From positions 3,456,001 to 3,520,000 of the forward strand of contig OZ243972.1 in the NCBI GenBank assembly GCA_965214705.1: 64,000 nucleotides of DNA, read 5' to 3'. The stretch is from Alphaproteobacteria bacterium (GTDB taxonomy: Bacteria > Pseudomonadota > Alphaproteobacteria > UBA828). Below are positions 9,796 to 19,915 of this stretch, piece by piece (the stretch's first letter is position 1; every line of letters starts with the position of its first letter). Below the pieces are notes generated by a model. The model ran no database searches, had not been told where the DNA came from, and saw only the letters and a list, made by a program, of their open reading frames with translations. The position numbers and the translations under genes are program-made.

Positions 9796-11004
9796 AGGCT
9801 TCTCCCCTTGGTTCCGGTGACGCAAGATGTTGATCGTCGCCGGCATCGGCGCGCGTCGCACGCGTGATATCTTGGACTGGCGAGAGCGCTGCCCGGCCCC
9901 GTCACGCGGTGCCGGAGTTCGGTATAATGACTCCGAGACAGCCGGAATGGCTGGCTGCGGCACGGTGTTGACCGGCCGGTGGGATCAGGCGCGTTGTTCG
10001 ACGAAGTCGCGGTAGCTGGAGGGTTGAAGGCCGGCGCCGATGCCGAGCAGGGTGTCGAAGGCGGCGTCGGTGTGGCGGCGTCGGTTCCTACGGAAGACGA
10101 ACTCGTCGAGGTAACGGCGCAAATGGGCGCGGCGCAGGCCGTGAAAGGTGCCGAGCGCCCAGCGTTTCAGGTTCGAGAAGACGCGATGGGTCCACTTCAG
10201 CACGAGATGGGCGGGCGTGTCGCCGACGATCCTGGCCTCATGGTCGTGCCCGGACAGGCCGGGATAGCCGCTCCAACCGTCGGTGATCACCAGCGCGCCC
10301 GGCGCCGAGGTGGCGGCAACGAAGGCGTGCAGGCTGAGCGCGGAGTAATCCACGATCGGCGCGAGGCGGATGCGGCGCGGCTCACCCTCGGGAGACAGCT
10401 CGACCGCTCCGGCGATGAGCATCTTGCCTTGCGCGCTGCGGCCTTGCCCGCCGGTGGGCGGGTCTTGCGCGGTGCGCTGCGGCAACGAGGCTTCGTCGAT
10501 CTCAACCAGATCCTCAAGCAGGCTGCGGTCGGGATCGACCATGGCGCGACGCAGCTTGTGCAGCAGCAGCCACGCACTCTTGTAGCTGCCGAGCCCGAGC
10601 TGGGCCTGGAGTTGCAGGGCGGAGATGCCGTTCGAATGGCTGGTCACCATATGGATGGCGGTGAACCAGGTCTTCAGCGGCAGGTGGCTGCGATGCATGA
10701 TCGTGCCCGCGGTCACCGACGTCTCCTTGCCGCAGCCCGCACATTCCCAACTCGCCCTGCGACGCTTCAACTCCCAACCCTTGTCATGGCCGCAAGCGGG
10801 GCAAACGAAGCCGTCGGGCCAACGCTTTGCCGCGAGGTGTCTGGCGCAGGCCTCTTCATCGGGGAAGCGCGCCTCGAAGGCAGCGCGGGACATCGGGCGG
10901 TCGTGCTTCCAGCGGCTCGGCATGGCGAGAACATTACACGAACAACTCGTCCCTGCCAACCCAAACACAAGATGTCGTCAAACCGGGGTCAAGGGGATAA
11001 GCCT
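9796..11004 (-). mobile_element. IS1595-family (ISXO2-like) element
   Basis: Ends aggcttctccccttggttccgg / ccggggtcaaggggataagcct enclose the transposase. Confidence 0.85.
9985..10923 (-). CDS. IS1595-family transposase
   Basis: Zn ribbon RWPDGFVCPACG...WECAGC, SVTAGTI, GISALQL, VEIDE, TDGW.GY, YLDEF.FR.NRR. Confidence 0.9.
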   Translation of the reverse strand: MPSRWKHDRPMSRAAFEARFPDEEACARHLAAKRWPDGFVCPACGHDKGWELKRRRASWECAGCGKETSVTAGTIMHRSHLPLKTWFTAIHMVTSHSNGISALQLQAQLGLGSYKSAWLLLHKLRRAMVDPDRSLLEDLVEIDEASLPQRTAQDPPTGGQGRSAQGKMLIAGAVELSPEGEPRRIRLAPIVDYSALSLHAFVAATSAPGALVITDGWSGYPGLSGHDHEARIVGDTPAHLVLKWTHRVFSNLKRWALGTFHGLRRAHLRRYLDEFVFRRNRRRHTDAAFDTLLGIGAGLQPSSYRDFVEQRA

Positions 11005-11570
11005 TTGCCGCATATCGCAGCCGGCCGGGGTCTCTACGCGCGGGCCATGTACGCCGTCGACTCCGACTATCCCGGTCCGGTGCTGCTGGAGATCCTGGAG
11101 CCGCCGCTCGCGGGCGCCGTCGCTTCGGGTTCGTTCGCGCTTATCGGCGAGCGGCTGACGCTCCGCCTCACCCGGCTGGAATACAGGGGCCGGAGCTTCG
11201 GCGTCGACGCCTGGGCGGCCGGGCTCGACTGCGCCTGTTACGGCGTGGACGGCGAGGTCGACAGCCACTGGTTCGAACGCGTGCTGCTGCCGGCGTCCGT
11301 GCGCTTCGCCGAGGGCTTCCTGAGCGTCTTCTCGCGGCCGCGCGAGACCGTGATCGTCGGCGACGGGGTGCGCTACGAGCGTCTGGAGACGTCGACCCGC
11401 GAGGCGGTCCATGCGGGGCTCGCCGCGGCGGCGCGCACCGCCGGCGACGTGCTGCTCGAGAACGCGCCGGACGGGCCCGGCGTGCGCATCCCCCGCGACA
11501 CCGAGCTGGTGGTGGTGTTCGCCGCGCCGCCGGACCCGGCGCGGCCGGGCGTGGCCGGGGGATCGCCCCG

Positions 11571-12110
11571 TTGACTGAGTCGAACGACCTCGGCGGAGCC
11601 ATGATCTCGCTGGTCCGCGACCTCGAGCCGAGCCTGCTGATCCTGGTCGCGGTCGTCTGCTATCTGCTCGCGCTGATGGCGCTGGCCCAGGGGCTGCTGC
11701 GGCTGCTCAAGACCTCCGAGGACAAGTTCCACGCGCCGTCCGCCGGCGGCACGGCGCTCTCCTTCCTGATCTGCATCGTCCTCGCCGCGCTCCCTTCGTG
11801 GCTGGATGCCGCGACCGAGAGCCTGTTCGGCACGGCAAGTCCGCCCGGCACGGCGTCGCTTGGCTATGGCGGCCGCGGCGCGGACTACGACGCGCTGCTC
11901 GCCGCCGTGTTCGCCCTCGTCGCCCTGGTCGGCCTCTTCGCCTTCATCCGGGGCGCGTTCGTGCTGCGCGCCGCCGCGGACGCGCGTCCCGGCGCGAGCG
12001 GTGCGCGCGCCTTCGCCCACATGGCCGGCGGCATCGCCGCCTGGCACCTCGGCGCCGTCATCGACGCGCTGCAGACCAGCCTCGGCATCCAGGTGCTGAG
12101 CATCCGCTGA
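11571..12110 (+). CDS. IcmC/DotE (TraQ)-like membrane protein
   Basis: Four hydrophobic helices; position between dotG and dotO. Confidence 0.6.
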   Translation: MTESNDLGGAMISLVRDLEPSLLILVAVVCYLLALMALAQGLLRLLKTSEDKFHAPSAGGTALSFLICIVLAALPSWLDAATESLFGTASPPGTASLGYGGRGADYDALLAAVFALVALVGLFAFIRGAFVLRAAADARPGASGARAFAHMAGGIAAWHLGAVIDALQTSLGIQVLSIR

Positions 12111-12123
12111 AAGGAATTCTCCC

Positions 12124-12558
12124 ATGAACCCGACAAGCCTCGCGAGAGCCGTCCGGCGCATCCTGCTGGAGTTGAATAGTCCCCGCGCAAGGCACCCGCG
12201 CTCGGCACCGGCGGGTCCGGTGGCCGCCGCCCTTGCGGGGGCGGGTTGGTTCTGGGCCGCCGGGCCCGCGCTGGCGGTTTCGCTGGGCGACATGGCCGAC
12301 GAGGCGGCCGGCGACCTGGAGACCGTGCCGGGGCTGATCGCCATCGCCTTCTACATCATCGGCGCCGCCATCGTCGGCTTCGGTCTGCTCAAGCTGAAGC
12401 GCCACGTCGACCATCCCCAGCAGACCACCATCGGCTCGGGCCTGATCGCGATCCTGATCGGCGTCGCGCTGATCGCCGCGCCCGCGATCATCAACGCGCT
12501 GGGCGCCACGTTCGGGGTCGACGGCGGCAGCCACACCGTCCTCAAGCCGAGGCTGTAG
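12124..12558 (+). CDS. IcmD/DotP-like pilin-type membrane protein
   Basis: Signal-like leader then YIIG....GFGLLKLKRH.D.PQQ..IG.G....LIG.AL...P. Confidence 0.7.
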   Translation: MNPTSLARAVRRILLELNSPRARHPRSAPAGPVAAALAGAGWFWAAGPALAVSLGDMADEAAGDLETVPGLIAIAFYIIGAAIVGFGLLKLKRHVDHPQQTTIGSGLIAILIGVALIAAPAIINALGATFGVDGGSHTVLKPRL

Positions 12559-13260
12559 GACAGGCGGAGCCTGAAGGGACGCTCGCGTCATGCCCCTTTC
12601 CCTCGCCGCAGCCGCCGACGACCTGCAGCGCCTGAGCTGGACCCTGCGCCGCAAGCCGCTGGAGAGTTTTCTGGCGCCCCAGGCGGCCGTGCCGCTGGAA
12701 GGCGGCGGCGGCGTCCTGGTCTGCCACGACGGCTCGCTGGTCTCGCTGCTGGCGCTCGACGGGTCCCGCTCGATGACGGGCGCGGAAGAGCTGGACCGCT
12801 TCGTGGACGTCGCCGCGCTGCGCCTCAACACCGCCTTCGCCCATCCCGGCCATGCGCTCCACGTGGTGTTCGAGCGCGCCCCCGACGAGGCGCACGCGCT
12901 TGCGGCCGGACATGGACAGGCTGTGGGCAGGCAAGCCGCACGCCTCGGCCTCGACCTCGACGACCTGCTGGCCGAGCGGGCACGGCGTCTGACTCCGCTG
13001 ATCGCTGCCGAGACCCTCGTCATGGCCTGCTGGACGCGGCCCTCCGTGCTGCCGCGCGACCGGCTGGAGCGCGACCGCAAGGCGCTCCGCAGGAAGCTCC
13101 GGGACTGGCTGCCCGCCGCCGGCGAGGCGCAGTGCTCCCACCTCGCGCTCGAAGGGCTGTGGGCGCGCCACGAGGCGCTGCTCGACGCTCTCTCGGCCGT
13201 GCTCGTGGAGACGGGGATCGAAGGCCGCAGGCTGCGCGAAGACCGGGCGCTGCGGCTCAT

Positions 13261-15420
13261 CCCAAGTTGGCACTTTTCCGCTGCCTGTGTTCCCTATTGG
13301 TTTGATTCAACGCGATATTTTTCTCGGTCGATTCCAACATGGCCCCACATTTTGTGAGATTCTGTCAGCTCATCAGACGGGTCCTCGTGCGGTGGATGGC
13401 GGGGTCCACGCCCGCCGCCGAGGAGATTGCGGCAACCTCGGCGGCCGGGCGCGTGTCCTGGCGGTTGACGATCAAGGTGCCGTCGGTCTGGCGCAGGCGC
13501 GTGGTGATCCGCACCCAGGTCCGCATGCTCTCGCGGATCGACGCCCAGCACTTGTGGATGCCGCGCGCGGCCAGCCGGGTACGGATCAGATGCACGGCGT
13601 GGTAGGCCAGCACGGCGATCAGCAGGTGGGCCGCGATGCGCCGGTCGAGCTGGTGCCAGATCGGGCGAAGGCCGAGCTCGGATTTCAGGCTCCGGAATGT
13701 CGCCTCGATATCCGTGATCCGCCAGTACGTCCGCAGGACCGTCTCGATGTCCCAGTCGACGTGGCTGGTGCGCAGCACATAGGCACCGGCGCCCTCATCG
13801 GCCTCGTCGTATCGCGGCCTGCGCTTGAAGCGCACGGCGGTGGCATTGGGGCCGGTTTTCGCCCTCTCGACCGTGATCTCGTAGTGCCTGGCGACGGCGG
13901 AGAAGCGCTGCTTGAGGCGGCCTATGCTCTCCAGCACCTTGTCGTAGCGCTTGAGGCGGCCCTTGACCGCAAGGCCGCCGTGGAGCCTTTCCAGCGCCGC
14001 CTCGAAGCGGTTCCGCCTCAGGCCGATGATCGCGTTCTCGGCCTTCTTCTTGCCCTCGCTGACGACGTAGAGCCGCGCCTCGCCGTCCTCGCTGGCAAGC
14101 CGCCAGGCCCGCACCTCGTGGCGCGCGCTGGTGATCAGCAGGGCCTCGGGTCCGCCCTCGGGCGGCGCAGGCCTGGCACCGCGGCTGACCGCGATCCAGT
14201 CGTAGCCCTGCTCGCCCAGCCACGCGATGTTTTTCTCGGTGGCGATGCCCGCGTCCATGACCACCGTGGGCTTCGGCGCCGTGCCGCCGCACACCGCCTC
14301 GAGCCGCGCCAGCGCCTCGTGCAGCGTGCCCGGCTCGCTCACGTTGCCCGGCAGGATCTCGCAACTGCGCGGGAAGCCCGCGCCGTCGAGCGCCAGCGCC
14401 AGCGTGATGAGGGGACAGTCGTCGCGCTTCTGCTTGGAGCGCCCGAACCTGGGAAGCTCGCCGCCCGTGTGGCCGTGGTAGTGGACGTTGGTGAGATCGT
14501 AGAAGGCGATCGTCTCGGGCAGGTCGAGCAGTGCGCGCTCACGGTTGAACAGCTCCCGCTGGATGGCGGCGCGGTGGCGCCAGAGCAGGTCGCCGATGCG
14601 GTAGAGCGTCTTGCGCCGCAGCGCCTTGCGGTCGCCCTCCAGGCCCAGGAGCTCGGCGGCCGCGCTGTCGTGGCGGAGCCAGCGGCTGGTATCACGCTCG
14701 CTGGCGGGATGGACCATCCTGGCGACGATCAGCGCGCTGGCGATGCGCCCGTCGCGGCCCTTGATGTCGAGGCCGTGGAGGATTTCGGCGAAGCCGAGGG
14801 CGTCGAGGGCCTTGAGGCACAGGCGCTCGCAGCCGACCGTGCGCGGGTTCTCGTGCTCCAGGGTATCGAGGTCGACGGTGGCGATGTCGGGCTTGCGCGC
14901 CTCTTCCTGCATCGCCTCGACGCGGAACCCCCTGGCCCTGAGCTTGGCGACGATGTCCTCGGCTGCGGCCCGCACATCCGCCTCGCCCTCGAACAGCGGC
15001 GGCTTGCCGTGAAGCAGCGCCTCGGCGAGTTCGGTGACGGCCTTCCACTTCTCGCGCGGCACCGGATAGTCGGTGCCGAGATTGAGCAGCGTCCTGTGGC
15101 GCACCTTGTCGCCGACGCGCTGGGCGAGCACGAGGCGATGGCTTCGGACCGGCTGGCCGGCCTTGTCGGTGTGTGTCCTGGTTGCCTTGATGTACATGGC
15201 GGCGCCGTTTCTGCGATGCCTGTTTCGCATACACGGCGTTCGCGGCATCTGGCAAGAGGGATATCGACTCAACTCCAAAGTCCTGGCCCCACAATTGGCT
15301 TCCAGGACCACGAATGGCAAATGTGGGTCTCAGGTGTCCTCCAACCCCAACATCTAGTGGTTCAGCGCCGCAAAACTGGCTCGAACAGGCTCGGCTGGTC
15401 GGAAAAAGTGCCAACTTGGG
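13261..15420 (-). mobile_element. IS1634-family insertion sequence
   Basis: IRs CCCAAGTTGGCACTTTT / AAAAGTGCCAACTTGGG; duplication tcat. Confidence 0.9.
13365..15197 (-). CDS. IS1634-family transposase
   Basis: MYI...LLNLG, FYDLTN, FGRSK.KR.D, PGN.SE..TL, VVMDAG, IEATFR.LKS.L..RP.WH....RI.AH. Confidence 0.9.
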   Translation of the reverse strand: MYIKATRTHTDKAGQPVRSHRLVLAQRVGDKVRHRTLLNLGTDYPVPREKWKAVTELAEALLHGKPPLFEGEADVRAAAEDIVAKLRARGFRVEAMQEEARKPDIATVDLDTLEHENPRTVGCERLCLKALDALGFAEILHGLDIKGRDGRIASALIVARMVHPASERDTSRWLRHDSAAAELLGLEGDRKALRRKTLYRIGDLLWRHRAAIQRELFNRERALLDLPETIAFYDLTNVHYHGHTGGELPRFGRSKQKRDDCPLITLALALDGAGFPRSCEILPGNVSEPGTLHEALARLEAVCGGTAPKPTVVMDAGIATEKNIAWLGEQGYDWIAVSRGARPAPPEGGPEALLITSARHEVRAWRLASEDGEARLYVVSEGKKKAENAIIGLRRNRFEAALERLHGGLAVKGRLKRYDKVLESIGRLKQRFSAVARHYEITVERAKTGPNATAVRFKRRPRYDEADEGAGAYVLRTSHVDWDIETVLRTYWRITDIEATFRSLKSELGLRPIWHQLDRRIAAHLLIAVLAYHAVHLIRTRLAARGIHKCWASIRESMRTWVRITTRLRQTDGTLIVNRQDTRPAAEVAAISSAAGVDPAIHRTRTRLMS

Positions 15421-17811
15421 TCATGCGGCGCATGGTGAACGGCACGGCGTCCACGGCGCCGGACTGGCGCCCGGTCACCGTGGCCAACGATGCGCCGGCG
15501 CGCTTCACGGAGCCACCGGAGGCGGGCGCTTTGCCGCCGCCCCTGGCGCCGCAGCTCCTGGTCCGGGAGCCCGAGCGGAGCGGCGGCGGCGTCCGCATCG
15601 GCGCGCGCCTCTACGGCGCTCTCGACATGAGCCTCGGGCCGAGACGCTCGCGCCCCTTCGCCGAGCTGATGGCGGGGCTCGCCGCCGCCGGTCTTCCCTG
15701 CCGGTTCTCGCTGCTGATCGAGGGCGGCGGGCTGCACCGACTCGACGCCACCGTGGCGCGCGTGGCGTCCTCCTTCCTCGCCTTCTCGTCCTCCGACAGC
15801 CTGCTCGCGCGGAACGCGCTCCGAGACCTCGCGGCGCTCGGCGGCGACGCCCATGCCATCGTGCGCCTCCGCCTCGGGCTCCTCACCTGGGTCGGAGCGG
15901 AGGACGGCGAACAGGCGCTGGCGGCTCGCCTCGGCCGCCTGCAGCAGGTGGCCGAGGGCTGGGGCGAGGCGGTGTTCACCCCGCTCACGGGCGATCCACT
16001 GGAAAGCCTTGCCGCCTCGGTTCCCGGCTTCTGCTGCGGCGCCACCGCGCAACCCGCCCTCGTGCCGATCGCCGAGGCGCTGCGCCTCTTTCCGGTCGGT
16101 CGCCCGGCACCGCTCTCACGTCTCTCGGCCGAGGCAGGGGGTGCCCACCTCTTCCGCTCGCCGGACGGCAAGCCCCTGCCGCTGGCGGCCGGCGAAGGCG
16201 GTGACTACGGCTTCGAGCTGATCTATGGCCTGCCCGGCCAGGGCAAGTCGGTGCTGATGAACGCGCTGGGCCTCGCGTTCTGCCTGCAGGGAGGGCAGAC
16301 GCGCCTGCCGCTGGCCGCCGTGATTGACATCGGCCCGTCGTCTTCCGGGCTTGTCTCGCTGGTGCGCGAGGCGCTGCCGGCAGAGCGCCGGCACGAGGCC
16401 GGCTGGTTCCCGCTCCGCATGACCTCCGAACACGCCATCAATCCCTGCGATACCCAGCTCGGCTGCCGCAGCCCGCTCCCGGCCGAGCGCGCCTTCCTGA
16501 CCAACCTGCTCGGCCTGATGGTGACGCCCGCCGGGGACAGTGGCGTGCCCGACGGCATGCGCGAGCTGCTCGGGCCGACGCTCACCGGCGCCTACGCCAT
16601 GCGCTCGGACAGGATGGCGGGCGCCGAGCCTCACGACTACACGCAAGGCCGCGACGAGCGCGTGGACGCGGCGATCGCGGAAGCCGGCCTCCGGCTGCCC
16701 GAAGCTCCGCTCTGGTGGGACGTGGTCGACCTGCTGTTCGAAGCGGGCGAGATCGAGGCGGCGACCAGGGCTCAGCGCTACGCGGTGCCGACCCTCGTGG
16801 ACCTGCTCGCCTCGGTGCGCGAGCCCGCCGTGCAGGGGCTGGTGGGGGACGCGCGGTACGGCTCGGGCTGCGAGACCGTCACCCAGGCCTTCATCCGCAT
16901 CCTCACGGCTCTCTCCGGCGACTGGCCGGTAATGTTCTCTCCCACCGCCTTCGACGTCGGCGGCGCGCGCCTCGCCGCCATCGACCTCGCCGAGGTGGCG
17001 CCGCAGGGCTCGGCCGAGGCCGACCGCCAGTCGGCCGCCTTCTACCTGCTCGCGCGCCACGCGCTGACCCGCCACTGGTGGATCGGCGAGGACGCACTGG
17101 CGTCCATTCCCGAACCCTACCGGGAATGGCACGCATCCCGGCTCCGCGACATTCGCGAAGCACCCAAGCGGCTCTGCTACGACGAGTTCCACCGCACCGG
17201 CGGCGCGCCGGCCGTGCGCGCCCAGGTCGAGCGTGACGTGCGCGAGGCACGCAAGCTCAGGGTGCGGCTCGCACTGGCCTCCCAGCGCCTCGACGACTTC
17301 GGCGGCGCGCTCGCGGAGTTCGCCAACCGTTACTGGATCCTGGGAAGCGGCGGCAAGGCGAAGGAAGCCGAGGCGCCCGCCGCCACGTTCTCCCTGACGG
17401 ACACGCTCTCGGAGGCGATCCGCTACCGGCTCACCGGACCCGGCCGCGACGGCGCGCCGGCACTGCTGATCGCGAGCGGCCAGGGCGGTCGCTTCGAGCA
17501 GCTGGTCGTCAACACGCCGGGGCCGGTCGAGCTCTGGGCGCTCACCACCAGCCCGGCGGACGTGGCGCTCAGGCGGCGGCTCTACGCGCTGCTGCTGCCG
17601 GCGCAGGCCCGGGCGGCGCTCGCCAGGGCGTTCCCGGAGGGCACGGCGCGAAGCCGTATCGAGCGCGAGCTCGCGCGCATGGATTCGCCGGAGGCCGGAC
17701 GCGCGGCGTCCGAGGAGGCGGTGCTCGACCGCCTGGCGGACGAGGTCGCGCGGGCGGCCGGCAACGAGCAACCCCATTCAGCCGATAACGCAACCTGAGA
17801 GGAGGAAACAC

Positions 17812-18207
17812 ATGTTGCACGTCAACAGGGCGACGGTGCTGGGCTACGCGGGAGGCGACGCCAAGCGCCGAACCATGCAGAGCGGCGAGGTCACGGTCTC
17901 GTTCAGCGTCGCGACCACGCGGCGCTGGAAGGGCGACGACGGGACGCCGCAGGAGGCCACCGAGTGGCACCGGGTCGCGGTCTTCGGCGGCTCGGTCGAG
18001 CCGGCGTCGCAGATGGTCCGCAAGGGCGTCCTCGTGCTGGTCGAGGGCCGGCTCAGGACCCGCGAATTCCAGGACAGGGAGGGCAAGGAACGCACGGTCA
18101 CCGAGATCGTGGTCGCGGGGCCGCAGGGCATGGTCAATGTGCTTTCGCCGAAGCGCGGCGGGGACACCGGCGACGCCGAAGATGGGACGGGCGATGAGGC
18201 GGCGTAG
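17812..18207 (+). CDS. ssb: single-stranded DNA-binding protein
   Basis: VNRATVLG, FSVAT..RW, TEWHRV..FG, KG..V.VEGRL.TR; RBS gaggagg. Confidence 0.95.
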   Translation: MLHVNRATVLGYAGGDAKRRTMQSGEVTVSFSVATTRRWKGDDGTPQEATEWHRVAVFGGSVEPASQMVRKGVLVLVEGRLRTREFQDREGKERTVTEIVVAGPQGMVNVLSPKRGGDTGDAEDGTGDEAA

Positions 18208-18766
18208 CGCCTTGGCGTTCGCGGCGGTGCTGACGTTCGCGGTGTGGGCGGCGTCGGCGGTGGCGGAGGCGCAGCCTCCGGCTCCCGCCGCGCCCGGAGG
18301 TGGGCCGGGCGATGCGGTCACGCACGACCCCGCGCACGACCCCTCGTGCGATCCGGCGGTGGCGGAGGCGCTGGCCGCGAGCGCGGAGGCCGGCGTCGAG
18401 GCCGACCTCGCGATCATCCGCCATGAGGAGCAGGGTATCCGCAACCCGGACTCGATCCTCGACTTCTCCTGCATCACCGACCTGTTCGACTACCGCTCCT
18501 TCGACATCCACTTCGATCCGGCGGGCGCGCTGGAGTACATCCTGGATCTCGCCCGCCGTCGCATCTGCGCCGCCGCCCGCGACGCCTACCGGCGCTATGT
18601 CGGGCGCGCACTCGACCCCTCGGTCTACGTCTCGGAATACACCCGGCCTCTCGACCGCCTTCCCGGCCTCGATATCGACTGGCCGAGGCGCAACGTCTTC
18701 GACGACCTCGGCGCGGGCGACGCGGGCAGCGAGCTGTTCCGGGGCGTCGTCGGGGGCGGCCAATGA
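18194..18766 (+). CDS. secreted Cys-containing conjugation-associated hypothetical protein
   Basis: Signal peptide, three Cys; overlaps both neighbours. Confidence 0.65.
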   Translation: MRRRSALAFAAVLTFAVWAASAVAEAQPPAPAAPGGGPGDAVTHDPAHDPSCDPAVAEALAASAEAGVEADLAIIRHEEQGIRNPDSILDFSCITDLFDYRSFDIHFDPAGALEYILDLARRRICAAARDAYRRYVGRALDPSVYVSEYTRPLDRLPGLDIDWPRRNVFDDLGAGDAGSELFRGVVGGGQ

Positions 18767-19911
18767 TCCCCCGGAAGGCAGGGACGTGGCGGACGGCCGC
18801 TGCCGCGGTGCTGGCCGGCCTCCTGCTCGCGCCGGAAGTGGCGCTCGCCCACAAGTGCGACCGCACCGACAACGACCGCCGCGAGGCGAGCCGCGTCATC
18901 GCGGACCTCACCGGTGAGATCGACGCCATGGAGCGGGCCATCATCGAGGCGCTGCGCCTGCAGACGGGCCAGCTCTCGGGCTACATCGCCCAGAGCGCCA
19001 AGGCCGTGACCGGCGCCCTCGACTCCCAGACGAAGCTGCACGCGCAGACCGCGCGCGAGGTAGCGGAAACCGGGACCATGATGGCGCACCGGCCCAGCCG
19101 GAGCGCCTGCGAGACGGTCACCGGGCTGAGGGGCCTCGCGGCCACCTCCGCGGCCGCAAAGGACGCGCACGGGCGTGCGGCCGCGACCGAAACGGGCCGC
19201 ATCACGGGGGACCGCGCCGTGGTGGACAGGCCGGGGGCCGCCGCCGGCGATGCTGCCCGCTTCGAGAGCGTCACGCGGGAATACTGCAACGCGGGCCGCG
19301 CCGGCGAGGATCCAGATCTGTGCCGGGGAGGTGACGCGCTGCACGGCGCGGACCTGCGCGCCGATACCCTGTTCGACCGGCGCACCTTTGCGAGCGAGGA
19401 CGAGCTGCGCGCGGCCGTCGAGCTCTCGCGCAACCTGGCCGCACCCGTGGTGCACGATCCCCCTCCGCTGGCCTCGGCCGACACCGACCGGGAGCGCCGT
19501 CGCGCACTGCTGGCTCGCGCGGCGGACGCCCGGACGGCGCTCGCCGCCGACTACCTGGCGCAGGTCCGTGCGCTCAGGGCGCCGGGCGCCGCGCTCGGCG
19601 GCTGGGCCGGGGAGATCGCGCGCGATGCCGGGCGCGATCCCGAGACTCCCGTCAGCCGTTACGAGCTGCTGGAGCTGCTGGCGAGCCGCCGTTTCGAGGA
19701 CCCGGACTGGTTCGTGCGCCTCCAGGCGATGTCGGCGGAGAACCTGCTCCGCGAACTGGTCACGCTGCAGGCGGTTTCGCTCATGCTCGACTGGCAGCGC
19801 TGGCGCACCGACGAGCGGCGCGGCGCGATCGACGCGGCATCGCTGGCGCTGGCCACGGAGGAGATGCGCCGCCTCCCCGGCCTCGCCAACCCGCCCGCCG
19901 GGGCCAACTGA
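18763..19911 (+). CDS. secreted conjugation protein, TraW-like
   Basis: Signal peptide; C-terminal RRF.DPDW...L.....ENLLREL; directly upstream of dotA/traY. Confidence 0.55.
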   Translation: MIPRKAGTWRTAAAAVLAGLLLAPEVALAHKCDRTDNDRREASRVIADLTGEIDAMERAIIEALRLQTGQLSGYIAQSAKAVTGALDSQTKLHAQTAREVAETGTMMAHRPSRSACETVTGLRGLAATSAAAKDAHGRAAATETGRITGDRAVVDRPGAAAGDAARFESVTREYCNAGRAGEDPDLCRGGDALHGADLRADTLFDRRTFASEDELRAAVELSRNLAAPVVHDPPPLASADTDRERRRALLARAADARTALAADYLAQVRALRAPGAALGGWAGEIARDAGRDPETPVSRYELLELLASRRFEDPDWFVRLQAMSAENLLRELVTLQAVSLMLDWQRWRTDERRGAIDAASLALATEEMRRLPGLANPPAGAN

Positions 19912-19915
19912 GGCG

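Larger units (their letters stand above)
8028..11004. mobile_element. Composite IS1595-type insertion (MITE + passenger + IS1595)
   Basis: Outer ends AGGCTTATCCC / GGGATAAGCCT; 10-bp target duplication ttgccgcata (8018-8027 and 11005-11014). Confidence 0.85.
7445..11574 (+). pseudogene. dotG: DotG/IcmE (VirB10-like) gene split by a composite insertion
   Basis: 7445-8027 + 11015-11574 rejoin into a 380-aa ORF; C-terminal G..LYA....AVDSDYPGPVL and GEVDSHWFERVLLPA..F.EG motifs. Confidence 0.85.
12590..17798 (+). pseudogene. dotO: DotO/IcmB/TraU (VirB4-like) ATPase split by IS1634
   Basis: 12590-13260 + 15425-17798 rejoin into a 1014-aa ORF; DGSLVS, Walker A GLPGQGKS, IDIGPSSSG, INPCDTQLGCR.P, YDEFHR, REARK, ASQ, GPVELWA. 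Confidence 0.9.

Noticed and set aside
9979-11574. 531-aa plus-strand ORF
   Set aside because: Antisense frame of the IS1595 transposase running into the dotG 3' half.
13287-17798. 1503-aa ORF as a giant ATPase
   Set aside because: The first ~710 aa are the antisense frame of IS1634; only the part after 15421 is DotO.
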